Below are positions 1 through 14,355 of a stretch of DNA of 64,000 bases, in pieces. The first letter of the stretch is position 1. Each line of letters opens with the position of its first letter. The stretch covers positions 40,612,001-40,676,000 of the forward strand of contig NC_087251.1 in assembly GCF_037042905.1 (NCBI RefSeq), read 5' to 3'. The notes under the pieces were generated by a model, which had not been told where the DNA came from, ran no database searches, and worked only from the letters and a program-made list of their open reading frames with translations. The translations under genes were made by a program, and so were the position numbers. This stretch comes from Lytechinus pictus (Eukaryota).

Positions 1-366
1 CACGGCGCTTCAGGAAAAGTAAACATATAATACACACAAACAATAATTTATTAATTAATGAAAAAGAAAACGAATAAAAATTTGAATCCTCCTGATAAAA
101 CACACTATTAAACTGTTAATTGGAGAGGGGCAAATAAGTTTTTAGTTGGGACTTCAATGTTCCTGTTGATGAAATTTGGCGTAATTGGATGGGCAGTTGA
201 TTCCATCGAATTAAGGGGACCGTAAATCATTGGCGGGCGTCTGGTCCTTCCTATCATGTCTCATTGGCACCCTCAGCCAAAAGTGTACAGACATATGATA
301 CGCATTTGTTTTATTGTCGATTATTTCTTTTGTTAATCAGTGTGGTGCTATATGCTTTTTCCTTAA

Positions 367-943
367 AGGACAAGTCCACCCCAGAAAAAAGTCGATTTGA
401 ATGAAAAGAGAAAAAGATAACACTGAAAGTTTTATCAAAATCGTATGTAAAATAAGAAAGTGATGACAGTATTTCATAAGACAATTATATGCACATCCTG
501 GTCGGTATGCAAATTAGGGGACTTATGACATCACCCAGTCACCCACTCACTGTTTCTTATATATTTTAATAATGAAATATGCAATATTCTAATTTTCTCC
601 TCAATGCCATGAGAAACAAAGTTTTATTCCTCCTGCACATGTAAAATTACATTTGTTTTTGCATTTTATGGTTCGGTCAATTTGATCCTTATAAGTTATT
701 GTCAAATCTGTAAAAATTGAAATATTGTAATATTCAAACAATAAAAAACAAAAGAAATAGTGAGTGAGGCACACCATTGACTCTCTCATTTGCATCTTAC
801 CGTGTTTTGTGAAAATCAAGCAAAACTATACAATTTCATAGCTTTCTCATTTTACATCCGATTTTGATGAAATTTTCAGCATTATCCTTGTTTGATTTTT
901 TCTATTGATTCAAATCAACATTTTTCTGGGTTGGACTTGACCT
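367..943. mobile_element. Kolobok-like non-autonomous MITE, family K1
   Basis: TTAA|AGGACAAGTCCACCCC ... GGTTGGACTTGACCT|ATAA; long imperfect TIRs; same family as 18218-18612 and 32257-32832. Confidence 0.75.
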
Positions 944-1224
944 ATAAAAAAAACCTAACATAGCGATAGATTACTACACCTGTCATGGTCTGTCAATATG
1001 TTATGCCGGGAATGCTGGAATAGCAGTTTTCTAACTGAAGTAAATAGGTAAATAAAACGTTATTGTTACTATTGGCAGCGACATCGTGTGTGTGATGGGA
1101 GGGCAGTGTTGTCCGAAATTTTAAAATTTCATAACTTTCCTCTTTTACATTCAATAATGATGACATTTTTCGACGTTATGCTAGTTTTATTCTTATCCCA
1201 CATTCAAAGCAACTTGCTCTTTAT

Positions 1225-1520
1225 CAACTTATTACAAGAAAATGTGGTTTCAGCACCTTCTGTAAATTCCTTTAAGAATCGGCTTGATAATCACTGGAAA
1301 GATATTGCTTTTGTTTACGACTTTGAGTAATGGACTTTATGTCTTGCCACATGCAACTACTTGCCATGTGCAACTACTTGCCACATGCTACTACTTGCCA
1401 CATGCAACTAATTGAAACTGATAGTGTGGAGCATACTGTTTATTCCCTTGGATCGATGAACAGGCATAGTCCTACAAGCATCGTTGGATAAAAGTAAAAG
1501 TAAATAAAAGTAAAAGTAAA
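1225..1520 (+). mobile_element. CR1-clade LINE 3' end (ORF2 C-terminus, 3'UTR and tail)
   Basis: Translates ENVVSAPSVNSFKNRLDNHW, a typical CR1 ORF2 C-terminus; stop at 1330; 17-bp tandem CTTGCCACATGCAACTA x~4 in the UTR; (AAAAGT)n tail at 1490-1520. Confidence 0.8.
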
Positions 1521-1884
1521 CGACCCAGTCTTTTTGTACACCCCTCCCATTTACCATCCATGCCTATGTATTGATTTTAAGGCATCCACCGCGTAAGCTC
1601 AGAAACAGTTCATACAAACATACTGTTTAATGTTTGGCGGGAAGAGAGAGAGAGAAAAAAACAAACATCTGCGTTAATAATTGGATAGTAGTATTCATCA
1701 ATCATGAAGAGTTGTCATAGAATAATATTTTTTCCATGCATGATTCTTCAAAAAAGCGAGGTACCATATCCATTCAGTTACCTTTCACTGCATTGTAAAT
1801 TGCCTTTTCCACATTATATATGTTTGTAAATGCGTTGTCAATATGACTTGATATCGAGAATGAAGCTCCTACCCTGAGAACTTT

Positions 1885-1965
1885 CGACCCGCCCCACCCC
1901 CCCCCCTTCTCTCTCTCACACACACACACACACACCCTCCCTCACACACACACACCGCTCTCTCT
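1885..1965. repeat. poly-C/(CT)n/(CA)n microsatellite cluster
   Basis: Directly visible. Confidence 0.9.
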
Positions 1966-3049
1966 ATTCACCCTTTCACTTTTTGGTATACCCATGTAGT
2001 AGGTCCATGGTATACCTTTCCATCTTTCTTCCAACCTTTTTTGTTGACAGAAGAACTTCAAGTTCCGATCATACATGCAAGAGTGTGTAACCGTGGTCCA
2101 TAGTAGTCATGGTAGTGTAAACCAAGGAGATATCACCTCTCAAAGAAGCGGGCCAAGAAGTGAACAAACAGACACATTGTTCTTCAAATTGCCCCCTCCA
2201 GCTTCACCACGCAAGTACAAAATGTAAGAGAAAATCCAATTTTTATTCAGAGTCTTGTACATCCCTCTTTAGATTTATAAAAACAACTTAACTAATCTAT
2301 ACAAAGCCTTTCGGATTGATTCAATAGCATTTTCGCAGTGTTATCCATCAATATTTTTCTACTCTCGATGTTTGTTAGTAGTTTGCGATGTTTTCAATAT
2401 TTGTTTAACTGCAGGGCGCCTTTGTAAAGCAGTTTTTTTACAAACTGAATAGGCCAACCATGGAGTATAGAATAAATGAAAATAATAAATAAACAAGTAA
2501 ATAATACTCAACAACCTGCACTAATTCAAGTGTAGAAGATGTTTATGCATTCGTATACTTCCTTAATTCAGTGTATTAATGTTATTAAAGGTATCTATTC
2601 ATGAATAACTCTCGGGTAATGAACTATATTTTAACATTTTTACTGAATAAAAATAGGCCCTAGTATATAGCAAGCATTCCAGTTGGTATAAATAGCTTAG
2701 CATGATGAAAGCATGGACCCTACTTCGAAAGTTCCTTGATGAAAATGATACACAAATAGAGAGCCTCCGCACGGGAGCGCGCGTAAGTGTAATTCAATCA
2801 CCTAGTTTTCCCGCCATCAGTGGCCTTGTGATTTCGCGAACACGTGGTTTAGTGGACGCGTGGCCAAATATAATCATGAATGCACCATCACTCACAATAC
2901 ATGTATTATGAGCCTATACATTCACTTCTGAAACGGTGGCTTACAGGAACGTTAATAATTATGAACATTCACCCAAACAATAAAAACGTAAACTCAAACG
3001 CGAACATATATGACTGCGTGTATAAAGGTTTTTGATAATAAGCCCATTC

Positions 3050-3377
3050 CAGGGGCCGCGGAACGGGGGGGCTGATCATGCAAAAATCACAATCATCCGT
3101 TTTTGTACACGATTTTGGAAAAAAAAAGTGCCCCCCCCCCCCCCGCTTCCGCTGCCCCGGCATTCTCAAAGTCTACTATATGTTCTTGGCGATTGCCATC
3201 AAGACAGGTAGGCCTACAAAAACGAAGTGGATTAAATTGAATGAATGATCGAAGAAGATGAAATACTATACGAATCAAGGGGCCGCAGAACCTGAGAGCT
3301 ATAGGGACATCTATTGTCCCTTTTGGGGGCACGCGGCTTATCCCATCCCCACTTTCAAAGCCGTTCCACTGCCCCTA
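3050..3377. mobile_element. Degenerate hAT-like MITE
   Basis: CAGGGGCCGCGGAAC ... GTTCCACTGCCCCTA imperfect TIR; no clean TSD. Confidence 0.45.
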
Positions 3378-3542
3378 TTGGTATTAGCATGGACCTCTGT
3401 GGTATTACGATTGCAAGGTGTTGATGGTTTGTGATAGCGATAAAGAGGGGGGGGGGGTGGTTACTGTACATGGCTAACATCGAGGATTATCGAGATGGCA
3501 AGACAAGTGATACCGACTGATCTCAAAGTGAACATTAATGTA

Positions 3543-3563
3543 CCGTGCGAGCCCCCCCCCCCC

Positions 3564-3598
<35 letters not shown>

Positions 3599-3812
3599 AC
3601 ACCTCACAAATCCCAAATTTGAGGAAAAAATATGTCTTGAACAGATAATCATTATTATTACTACATAATTATGGTATTGGCCTAAATAATTTGGAAGAAG
3701 ATACTCTAACTTTTCAGGCCATATATAATGAATATGCGTTCATAACATATTTTTCCTTAAATAGGGGGTTTGTGAGGTGTCAAGTTGTTTTTGTTTCTTT
3801 TTACTCACACGG
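3543..3812. mobile_element. Tc1/mariner-like MITE
   Basis: TA|CCGTGCGAG...TGACACCTCACAAATCCC vs GGGTTTGTGAGGTGTCA...CTCACACGG|CA; TA target degenerate on the right. Confidence 0.55.
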
Positions 3813-4840
3813 CATTATGAATTCGAAAAGGAGTGAAACAAAGGACTGCGAACATTAACGTGCTTTTGCCCAAACATCATCCATGTTATTTTGCAACTAC
3901 ACCATCAAGGGAATGGTTCTAGTTCAATGATTCGGATATTATCGTTTGATCTATATATACATGCCCTCTTCATCATGTTGAGAGTAATAATATCAGTGTG
4001 TTCATAGAAACATGCCAATTATATCGTCTCTTCATTGTTATACTGATAGGTGAATCAAGCTATGTCTACATAATTATGAACCATAACAACTCCCAACGGA
4101 TCGCAAAGTTTGGGGCCACAATGTCAGGTCATGAGGTCATCGTTCACAACATGATCATAATCATATCTTAGTGGTATATGTTTATCTGGATTCATTAGAG
4201 AAAATCGATTTGCCTTTTATGATAAAAGGCATCATTCGTGATTCTTTGGGAATGGTTGAAAGTCATCAGCAGGAACCATCATCCGAAGTATACCTGAAAA
4301 ATCGATTCACGCGGTATGAACGTAAATCGAACAACTTTACAATCATTCTCCTTTTTTTTTTAATGAAAATAGTTATCAGGAAGTCATCACGAGTTCATGT
4401 ATTCTATAGTTTCTTCCTAAATACATTATCTCACTTCAAAATCAGTGTATTGATTTTTTTTATTTTTGCATTGGTGTCATTGCGGATAAAACACAATGAA
4501 ATCCCCAGTATGAACATCGTGTCAAAGGCTTGGCTCAGATTCAAATAGTAATTTATATTCTGCAGTGCGCAATACAGTCACACAAACAAGAAGAGATGGA
4601 GGCCGTCCATTTTTTCTTTTCTTTTAAATAAGCTATGTGGTTGAGTTCCTGGGGGGAGGGGGGTGAAAGGGGAAAGACAAAAAAATCGAGAAACAGCTCT
4701 ACGGTGATCGATACAAATATCCAACAGCACATGTTAACAAGATTAATAACTTCATTGATACCGTGAACACAGCTACAGTTAGTATGAAATGCACTTTGGC
4801 ATTACACATAATTAACAATAAAAAATACTAAATAAACGAT

Positions 4841-5353
4841 AACAAGTGGAACGCCTCTGGCAGTCTCGCCTGCACTACGCGAATTAATAGCAACAGTGCT
4901 GACCTTTGAAAACGACTATTGAATTCACACCAAAACACCATTCTTATATGATAATAAAACAATATATTAATTTACCCTAAATGACCCTTAACTTTGACCA
5001 TGTGATCTAAGCCTCGTGCAAAACAATAAGTCATATTAGATTACCCTTTCGTCCTTGTTTCACGAACAAGATCCATAAACTTTCAGTTATAGCAATTCAA
5101 CAAACATGATCAATGTTCGTTGACCTTAAATGACATTTGACCTTGGTCATGTGACCTCAAAATCAAGCAGGATGTTCAGTAATACTTGATTACCTTTATG
5201 TCCAAGTTTCATTAACTAGGTTCATATACTTTCTTATTTATGATGACATTTCCAAAACTTAAAATTTGGTTAAGATTTCAAGTTGACGACGCCGCCGCCG
5301 TCGGAAAAACGGCGCCTATATCGACTCGCTTTGCTGTGCAGGCGAAACAAAAA
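4841..5353 (-). mobile_element. Helentron/HINE-like non-autonomous rolling-circle element, copy 1
   Basis: Minus strand starts T-rich with a subTIR and palindrome and a GGC repeat; ends subTIR GCAGGCGAGAC + hairpin TGCCAGAGGCG + CTTGTT; no TSD. Confidence 0.7.
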
Positions 5354-6901
5354 TGGTTAACTTTATGAGGGTATCCCAATATAATAAATAACGGAACCAT
5401 GCAGAAAACGCACCCATTTAATGCCTCCTATATTGTATTTCTTACCTATATTTCTCGTTTTCCTTTAGGTCTCTGCATAGAGAATTTCGCACAGAGTAAA
5501 TAATATATATCAAATATGATAATTGTCATTATCAATATTATCATCATTATTATTCACGCATGTGAGTCGATCGCGGGGACGGCCTGTGTTATCATTATTA
5601 GTATATCATGTTTATCCCTCTTTCTGATGTAAATAAAAAAATTGCTCATTTTCAAGTAGTATCTTTAAAATTTCAGCCAAAGTGGCTGTTTTAAGTCGAG
5701 ACCCAGACGTAAGAAAACTACTTCCACAATTATAGGTAATAGTAATGACATTTCCATTGTCTTACTATATGGAATTCATCTTTCATCAAGTAAGTCTTAC
5801 CGATGGGAAAATTGAACAATGGTGTCATAACAAGTATCGCACCCTCTTGGACTTCTCACGGTAACACTACGCCCCTTCTTTCGCCATCACAAACCATCCA
5901 CACCTTTCAATCGTAATTCGTCCTCGCTTTCGTCTGAAACTAATGATTTCTCTCGACGCATCACAACAAAACAGAGGAAGAGGTAGTGGCGTAATAAGCA
6001 AAAAATAATGGCGGATAGAGCAAAACTGTTCACCTTTTTAATACCAAAATCTAATCGGGATAGATTTTGAGCTTTTACATCATATTCAGAAAATGATATA
6101 ATATTTATTTTCTCCAACTTACGTTTCTCCCTTTTCGATTTTGTTTTTCTTTTCTACATTTTCTTTGTCGTGAATCATTCTCCCATTGGTTAGCCAGTGA
6201 GAGAGAGAGGGGGGGGGGGGGAGAAGGGAAATTCTCTACTGAGAAGAGTTCTGATTACATTGAGCGGCTGACACCGTGTGTAGTCTAATCTGGAAAAACT
6301 CAATAAGTTGAATAGAATTGGATTAAAATGATTCAATTAGGAAGACAAAGTGGATGGGGAGAAAACGGGAGGAGGGTGCACGAGTTCAATGACAGACCTC
6401 AAGATGTATATGGGCCTATATCTTAAAAAAAAAATGATAGACCACATATACCCAATGTCTCCTCACATTAGGATTTATTTCCCAAACATGCCAAAGGAGA
6501 AAAGAAAAAATTGGCATAGATCGAAATAATCACTTGAGTTATAAAATATGATCTGTGTGCGTATCTCGAAACTTTGTTTGAAGGATGCAACATCGCAACT
6601 TGGGGACCTTCCCTCATGACCTCCCCTTCCATGACCAAGTAAATATAAGAAAGAGAAGGACACAAGGAAAGAAAAGATAATGAAAAGGATAGATACATGG
6701 ATTTTATGAAAAACATTATGTCTTGCTGAAATGAAAACGAATTACAGATAAATAACAAAATCAAATTATTAATGAACAACAAACGAATACAAAGAGTGAA
6801 TATGATGATATTTGTTCATTTTGCTGCTTTTTTTTTCAATTCAAATAAACCTTATTTTCTTCCATTCCCAAATTTCCACATTTTTCGTAAACATAAATCC
6901 A

Positions 6902-8203
6902 TACAAGTGGTACGCCTCTGGCGGTCTCGCCTTCATTACGCGATTCGCAGTGCAGTGCTGACTTTGAAATAAGCTATAAAATAATTATTCACAAAAGAAA
7001 ACACTCATATGATAATAAAATACTATGTCCATTGACCCAACATGACCTTTGACCGTGATCATGTGACATGACATGGGAAAAACAATAATCCATACTTGAT
7101 TACCATTATGTCTATGTTTCATGAACTACATAAACTTTCTAAGTTATGATGCCAATTCAACAACAAAAAACAACGCGGCCAAAGTTCATTAACCCTAAAT
7201 GACCTTTGATCTTGGTCATGTGACGTGACGTGACGTGCACATGATGTTCAGGGATACTTAATTGCTCTTATGTCTAAGTTTCAAGAACTAGATCTATAAA
7301 TTTTTAAGTTATGACAATTCCACAAATACCCTCAACGTTATCAAAGTTCGTTGACCCTAAATGACCTTTGAACTTGGTCATGTGACCCCAAACTCGCACA
7401 TGATGTTCAGAGATACTTAATTGCTCTTATGTCTAAGTTTCATGAACTAGATCCATAAAAGTTTGAAGTTATGATGACAATTCCACAAATACCCCAACAT
7501 GGTCAAAGTTCATTGACGCTAGGTGACCTTTACTTTGGTCATGAGCCACCGGGCATGGTGGCTCAGTGGTAGAGCGTCCGCTTATGAACGGGAGGTCGTG
7601 GGTTCGATCCCTGGCCGAGTCATACCAAAGACTTATAAAAATGGGACAATCTGCCTTCTTGGTTGGCGCTCAGCATTTAGACTGGAGAAGGGTAATAATA
7701 ACATATTATGTTATGCAGGGTCCGCTGGTAGAGCAGTCTTATGATTGAAGTGGCTACCCTGCATGGGTAAATAAAACGTTATCACTATTATTATCATTAT
7801 TATTATTATATGTGACCTGAAAATAAGGCAGGATCTTCAGTGATACACTATCACCCTTATGTCCAAGTTTCATGAACTAGGTCCATATACTTTCGAAGTT
7901 ATTACATTTCAAAAACTTAACCTTGGTTAAGATTTCGATATTGATTCCCCCAACATGGGTCTATAAGTTCATTGACCCTAAATGACCTTTTACATTGGTC
8001 ATGTGACCTGAAACTCGGGCAGGATGTTCAGTAATACTTGATTACCCTTACGTCCAAGTTTCATGAACTAGATTCATATACTTTCTAAGTTATGATGACA
8101 TTTCAAAAACGTAACCTTCGTTAAGATTTCAATGTTGACGACGCCGCCGCCGTCGGAAAAGTGGCGCGTATAGTCTCGTTCTGCCATGAAGGCGAGACAA
8201 AAA
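6902..8203 (-). mobile_element. Helentron/HINE-like element, copy 2, with internal 162-bp tandem repeats
   Basis: Same termini as 4841-5353; AAAGTTC-TTGACCCTAAATGACC-type units at 7181, 7343, 7505 (period 162); interrupted by a SINE. Confidence 0.7.
7544..7809 (+). mobile_element. tRNA-derived SINE (Meta-domain-like middle) nested in HINE
   Basis: A-box TGGCTCAGTGG, B-box GGTTCGATCCC, (TTA)n tail; splits the host repeat GGTCATG|TGACC with ATG duplicated. Confidence 0.8.
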
Positions 8204-8908
8204 AAAATCAGTTTGTTATGAAGAATACAAATATGTACATGTCAGCTTTAAAAAAAATTATAGGCTCGTTCTTCTAATTTATCACAAAGTCAGATTCTCA
8301 TTTAAAAAGGCTTTTTTTTCTTTCGCTCACGTTTGAGAATTTTTATCCCACATACGCCATTATTTTGTGCCTTCATTTTTTTATTTATTACGCCACAGCT
8401 TCGGTTTTAACCCAAAATTATTTTTAAAAAAAAAATCATTTTCTGCTCGTTCAGCAATATTGTTTGACGTTCCTTTGAATAAAAGCCTAAGTACATGACA
8501 GAAACAGTTTTTCTTTCAATTGATAAAACTTTTGAATACAAACTGCATTGATGGCAATAATAATGTTTTTACAGCTCTACACCTCTTTGTACTTTTTATT
8601 CGCCAAAATGCATGATCAACAGAATAATTCATGGTTTTATACTGCCTGAATGCCTCCCAGCACTAATGGCTTGAATCATCTGTATTTTGTCTGGGCAAAA
8701 CAAATTGACTATGAGACAAATGCTTTTGAGTTATGTTTTAATAATCACCTCATTTTATGTTTTATTGATCATGTCTCATGGCACACACTATCCAGGGAGA
8801 AAAAATCGTCGGAAAACTTGAAAATTCATATAAGGACATTACTATCCTCCCCGTACAAAGAATATCAAAAATATTATTAATTGAATTATCAATTAAATTG
8901 ATGAAGGA

Positions 8909-9113
8909 AGAGCCGTGGTGTAGTGGTTCTGACTCTCGCCTTGTAAACAGAGGGTCGTGTGTTCGAATCCCACCGCGGTCTGGCGTCCTTTGGCAAGGCG
9001 TTAATCCACACTTTGCCACTCTCGACCCAGGTGCTAAATGGGTACCCGGTAGGATGTGAAAGTCATTGTATAGCTTGTCCAGTACTGTGTGCGCCTCACC
9101 GGCGACTGACTGG
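8909..9113 (+). mobile_element. tRNA-derived SINE (CORE-like middle), 3'-truncated
   Basis: TGGTGTAGTGG A-box, GTTCGAATCC B-box, then CCTTTGGCAAGGCG...CCCAGGTGCTAAATGGGTACC. Confidence 0.75.
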
Positions 9114-9582
9114 TATAGACCTAAACCCGTAGTTACAGTATTAAAATTCTGAACTGTATAAGTGTATATGCCTACTTCGATGTTTAAAAAAATCTTTTTT
9201 AAATGTGCAAATCTTACTGAAAAGGGTTGTAGATCACACGAAAGGGTAGCCCATAGCCTCATGAACTACAACATATTCATTTCATGAAACTCAAGTTCAT
9301 GAGAAAAATGATGGATCTGCCTTTTTTGTGCTGATATAAGCAAAACATTTATTTGATAAAGAAAAGAACGCATTGAACAATTTAAATAAATCAGGCCGAC
9401 CCATTTGCATTCTTTCTTAGAATGGTGGGGAAAACAGGCTCTTATGACACCAGGGACATAATATCGATTAACTGATCAGTAAGTACCTAAGAATGTGCTG
9501 AGGTAACCAAAATCGATAATAATGGTTCTTTGATCCTCACGAGGTGACACAATCAATTAGAGGCATTATTCTCAGTGGTAAC

Positions 9583-10015
9583 CACTAGCGTACCTAAGGG
9601 AGGGGGAAGGGGGGGGGGAAGACTGCCCTCCCTGACGAGTCACAACTCATGCAGGGGACGTATCCCTGCCCCCCCCCTGACGAGTCACAACTGATACAGG
9701 GGACGTGCCCCCCCCCTTTGAGAAGCGAAATTCATAATTTGTAATGTAAAAATGCAATAAAAACAGACGTGTACCCCCTCTTTTGAACCTGAAGACCTTT
9801 TTTTTTTTTTTTTGACTTGTCAAATTTTTTTCTGGTAAGGAATCCTTGTTTCTTTGGTTGAAGACCTTTTTTTTTTTTTTTTTTTTTGCTTGTCAAATCC
9901 TTTAATCCTTTTTTGTGGTTGAAGAACTTTTTTTTTGCTTGTCCAATTTTTTTCAGGGACGAAATATCCTCCACAAAATGTGCCCCCCTTCTGGAAAATC
10001 CTAGGTACGCCAGTG
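9583..10015. mobile_element. hAT-like MITE
   Basis: TIR CACTAGCGTACCTA / TAGGTACGCCAGTG; perfect 8-bp TSD GTGGTAAC (9575-9582, 10016-10023). Confidence 0.9.
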
Positions 10016-10410
10016 GTGGTAACACATGGGAATACAAAACTATATAATACGCTCTCACCATATATATTCAAAGGGAGAAATATTCATGAAATAAGAGCAA
10101 ATTATAGCTTAACATGTCGATTTTCTCTAAATGAATAATGTCGCACATTCACTCAACGCATGGGCATATTTCGTGTTATATACAGATCCATGAACATGAT
10201 GATAATTGTAATGCAGGACCACTTAATGATAACACGTTAATTCACTACTGATTATATTCATATCGCAATAATTATATTATCAAGCAGCAAAATATGTTAC
10301 TTTCCTCTCAGAAACACTTAATTTCGTCTACACAAATAATAACATCATTGGCAATTTTATCCTCTCTATCTACACATGTATGTTTTAGACTAGCCACTTA
10401 TAACACACAG

Positions 10411-10603
10411 TCAATAAAAAACAACAATCTGAGTTCGTCCCCTGTTATGGCACTTTTCAGTAATTACAGTCCTACACATTTAGGTAAATTTACCAAAACG
10501 TGCAGTAAACCAAATTATGTCATAACATAGTTACGGCACATTTTGGCAAATTACTGAAAAGTGCCATAACAGGGGGCGAACTAAGATCGTTGTTTTTTAA
10601 TGA
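10411..10603. mobile_element. Palindromic MITE
   Basis: ~55-bp arms AAAAAACAACAATCT..GTTATGGCACTTTTCAGTAATT vs AATTACTGAAAAGTGCCATAAC..AGATCGTTGTTTTTT, plus an internal second inverted repeat. Confidence 0.7.
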
Positions 10604-13600
10604 AGTTACTCTCAATAGATTGTAGTACTCATCCATCGCATTCAACTGTATATCAATACAAAATATAAGCTTAACTAATTATCAGTTGGTCTCTATTTTC
10701 TAAAACCACAGCGGTAAAGCCCTTTTGATTTACCATTTATTTTGAACGACATTACCAGTCATGCCGGTTGGTCTAAGCTCTACGTGGTCTAACACCCATT
10801 TGGTCTAATTGTCAATGAATCTCATTGCCGCTTCGTCTATATACTTCGTCTTTCCTCTATTCGCTCTCCAGGGTATTTGGTCTATAGTATAAGTTGCCCA
10901 ATGTCTGTCCGTTTGTTGTTTTATGTTTCCGTGGTACCCTAATTACATAGTTACCATAGCTTTAAGTCGTTATTAAATGGGCCCCAGCGAGGTTTGTATG
11001 TATCATTATACCAAGAAAGAACATGAAGCTACTCCGTTCGTAGCTCCATGGAAAGAAAGTCACGTGCTCCCATCCTTTCCATAATTCTTCTCCCAATTAA
11101 TTGAGCAAAACATTCGCAACCCCTGTTTTTAAAAAAAATCGACACAATAAAAATTAAGTGACCCTTGAGGCACACCAACAAATATACATGGACCGACGCA
11201 ATATGCCATAATTTCAGTAAGATGCTAGGAAGATGGTTGACTGAGTGAAAAAAAAACTACGAAAGCTATTGGTCGAATCTCCCCTTTTTGCATTGCGATT
11301 TATGAGATCAGTGATGACTTGGTGCTTCACTTCTTACATTATTTGGATAGATCTAGCCAAAGCCATATTGCTTTAAGACTTCAATGTCGTCATAAAATAA
11401 TGCAAACGGTATTTCACTTTTAACAAAATACCAAGCTACATCAACTATCATTATAATAGATCATTCATAAAAATCAGGAAGTGAAAACATTTAATTGGCT
11501 CAAGTCCACGTTGAAGTGTTCACATTGATCATTCATATTATATAATATATTTCCTTGTATACAAATTATTCAAACGTGGGCATACTACTCCCTTTCGTCG
11601 GGATCGTCATTCGCCCGAAGAAGCCAATTGATATTTGGCGAAACGTCGCAACAGTGTGTTGATTTCCTGTTCTTTGATTTAATTGCTTAGTGGACATACA
11701 ATTCAAACTGTGCGATCCAACATCAAAAAGTGTTGTGTAGCACAACCAGGTGTTGAACTAACATTACGAATTGAACACCGGTGTAAAATGGTTTGTTTAA
11801 TCTTATATACACAATCACCAAAGTTGAAAATGCGAACCGAGATCTTTCACAACTCAAGCAACGCTCACTGAATAATAATACAGAAAAAAACAAACACATT
11901 ATAATCACTTACAACGCTAAGATTGTGGAGGAATTGTTTTTTTTTTGTATTTTTTTTCATTTAGGATGGAACTTATGGTTATGATAGACACCGCTAGCTG
12001 ATATATCAGCTGTTTTGGAGTTGTTTTTTCCTCCTTCACGGAGATATGTACTCACCCAAAGGCACAGGTCAACATGACACTGACAACGCTCAAACCCGGG
12101 CGCTCCAAAGCACCAATCAGACTCACAAAGCTGCGATTGCTCAAAATATATACTGTACATACCCAAACATATGATTTTCAATCACGATCGACATATTAAA
12201 AAAACAGATGATCATAATCATAACATATCACTGCCAACATTAATGAGATCAGAACACTGACATGAGAAGACGAGATCGCTCTCAACCCACATACTCAATC
12301 ACAGTACAGTAAACAATAAATCATTATCCACATCATATCCTGATTCAGTAACAGTAGTATGACGGAAATTAGAAATAATAAGAATTAATAATGTTTCACA
12401 ATTTTACCGGCGATCATGCACCCGCACACATGAATAATGAGACAATTACTTTGATTTAAAGCTATAACTGAGCACCCTTTATACCAATTTGACCCCTGTC
12501 CACGTGGACTAGTTCCATATGTTCCTCCCTCATCTCTTAGCTTAAATTTTCGCGCGAGTTATAAGAGAGAGGGAGAGCTTCCCCTGGCATTCCACTGGCA
12601 TGACCGGCATGAACCGTAGGAAATCAGCGAATCTTCATGTACATACCTCAACTGCAAATGAGTGAATGAGTCTTCCTCTGATGTTGTCTGAATCCTCCAC
12701 ACGCTCGATTTAAAATCTCAGCTTATCAATTTTCAGGTAACAATCAAGTAATATCATTTGCTCTTGACGTGTGAGATGGCCAACAAACCCAAACGACTGT
12801 CCTGCGTTTCGCACATGAGATGAACGATAACGGGCGGAGTGGAATCCCACGAAGCAGACACAGACTTATAAAAGGCTAAAATATCATTGTTCGCCTGCTC
12901 AGCGCGGTTCTCTCCTCAGTTTGAAAGGCACGATGAAACAGACGAAAAAGACTACATACATTACAGTGTACGGGGCGCCATCAGCGTTGTTTCTTCTTAT
13001 AGCTTCTATTTTCTTCTTCACTTTCCCATGTTCTTATTTTTTTTATTCTTCTCGTCCTCCTGCTCCTTCCTCCCTGAATCCCTTGAATACTTAATCCTCT
13101 CCCTTATCTCAATTAATTTGATTATGACTATGTAAATAGATTTTTTCATTATTTATTATCAATCAATAAAATTGTGCTAGTCGAGTAGTAGAACTTCGAC
13201 TTTGAAGCAAACCAATTTGTCCATCAAAAATTTACGATATATTCATGTCTCTACTTGATTGGCGATGAGCAGATCTATCTTTTTGTCAAGTGCTGTGATT
13301 AATTTCTTTACGGACATCTTTGGTAGGTATGGAGAGGATTTGGGGGAGATATCAGATAAATTACCCTCAAACGGCGTGGGTGAAAGTTTCGGTTAAATTG
13401 AGGCCCAAAATCAAATATATTTGAAGAAAAATATTGTTTTGAAAACAAAAGTTGAACAAAAACCCATTACATTATTCATTATTAAATAAAAATAGATCGA
13501 TGAATATTACCAAGTTTTAAATCAACAACTTGATTGTAAATTTCTACCGATTTTATATTGGTTCTATTATACCCCTATTCACTGTTGCAATTACGAACGA

Positions 13601-13607
13601 AAGTTAA

Positions 13608-14355
13608 CCCTAACCAGGCCGGGTTTTTTGGCTGTTATGATATAACAGCCACCCCCCCCCCCTCCTTGATATCTATATAGGCCGCCGATCGCGTGAACGC
13701 CGTGAAAATCGGCATGATAAAAGTGTGGGATGTGTAATAAGTCAGTTTTCCGAAATAATAATAAGATTTTTTAAATATGAATTAATTATGCTAATTTATG
13801 CGTAAATCATACTTTTGGCACTAATTCGCTAAAAGAACTCCTAATACTGATTTGTTTGTGTTGATATTCTTTATACCATTGCTAACAATTACAAATGAAA
13901 ACAATTCGCCTTTGAAAATGAATTTCTTATGTATTTTATTGTTTTATGAATTTCTTATGTATTTCTTTGTTTCTCAACCTTTTGTTTTTCTTTGTTTTTT
14001 CGCCAAATTTATAGCAGAATCTCTTTAGAAGCATAATTATTATGCAAAATCAATTAATTTCAGCTGATTTGAAAGTAAAAATAATAACTTTATGAATAAG
14101 ATAAGAAAACTCAATTTACATTGACTTTTTACACAAAATCACGTTTTGGGGCAATTTTCAGTCTGACATGCACTTATGTAATGTTGCGTAATTTTTCAAC
14201 CGCATATTCGGGCATCATACATTTTGGTCTCAAAAGATGCACAAGACTTCGAACTAAAAAGTCAGCGAGTGGCGCGGTGGAAAAATTTCGTGCAGCGGAA
14301 TCATGGGTCGCGGAAAATGTCGAGGGGGTTAATTCAACCCCCGGTGGTTTTAGGG
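13608..14355. mobile_element. piggyBac-like non-autonomous element
   Basis: TTAA|CCCTAA ... TTAGGG|TTAA: CCC/GGG termini with TTAA TSD. Confidence 0.8.

Noticed and set aside
9625..9700. CTGACGAG-tcacaa-CTC as a hammerhead core (also at 16490)
   Set aside because: No GAAA box or NUH site follows; it is a hAT subterminal repeat
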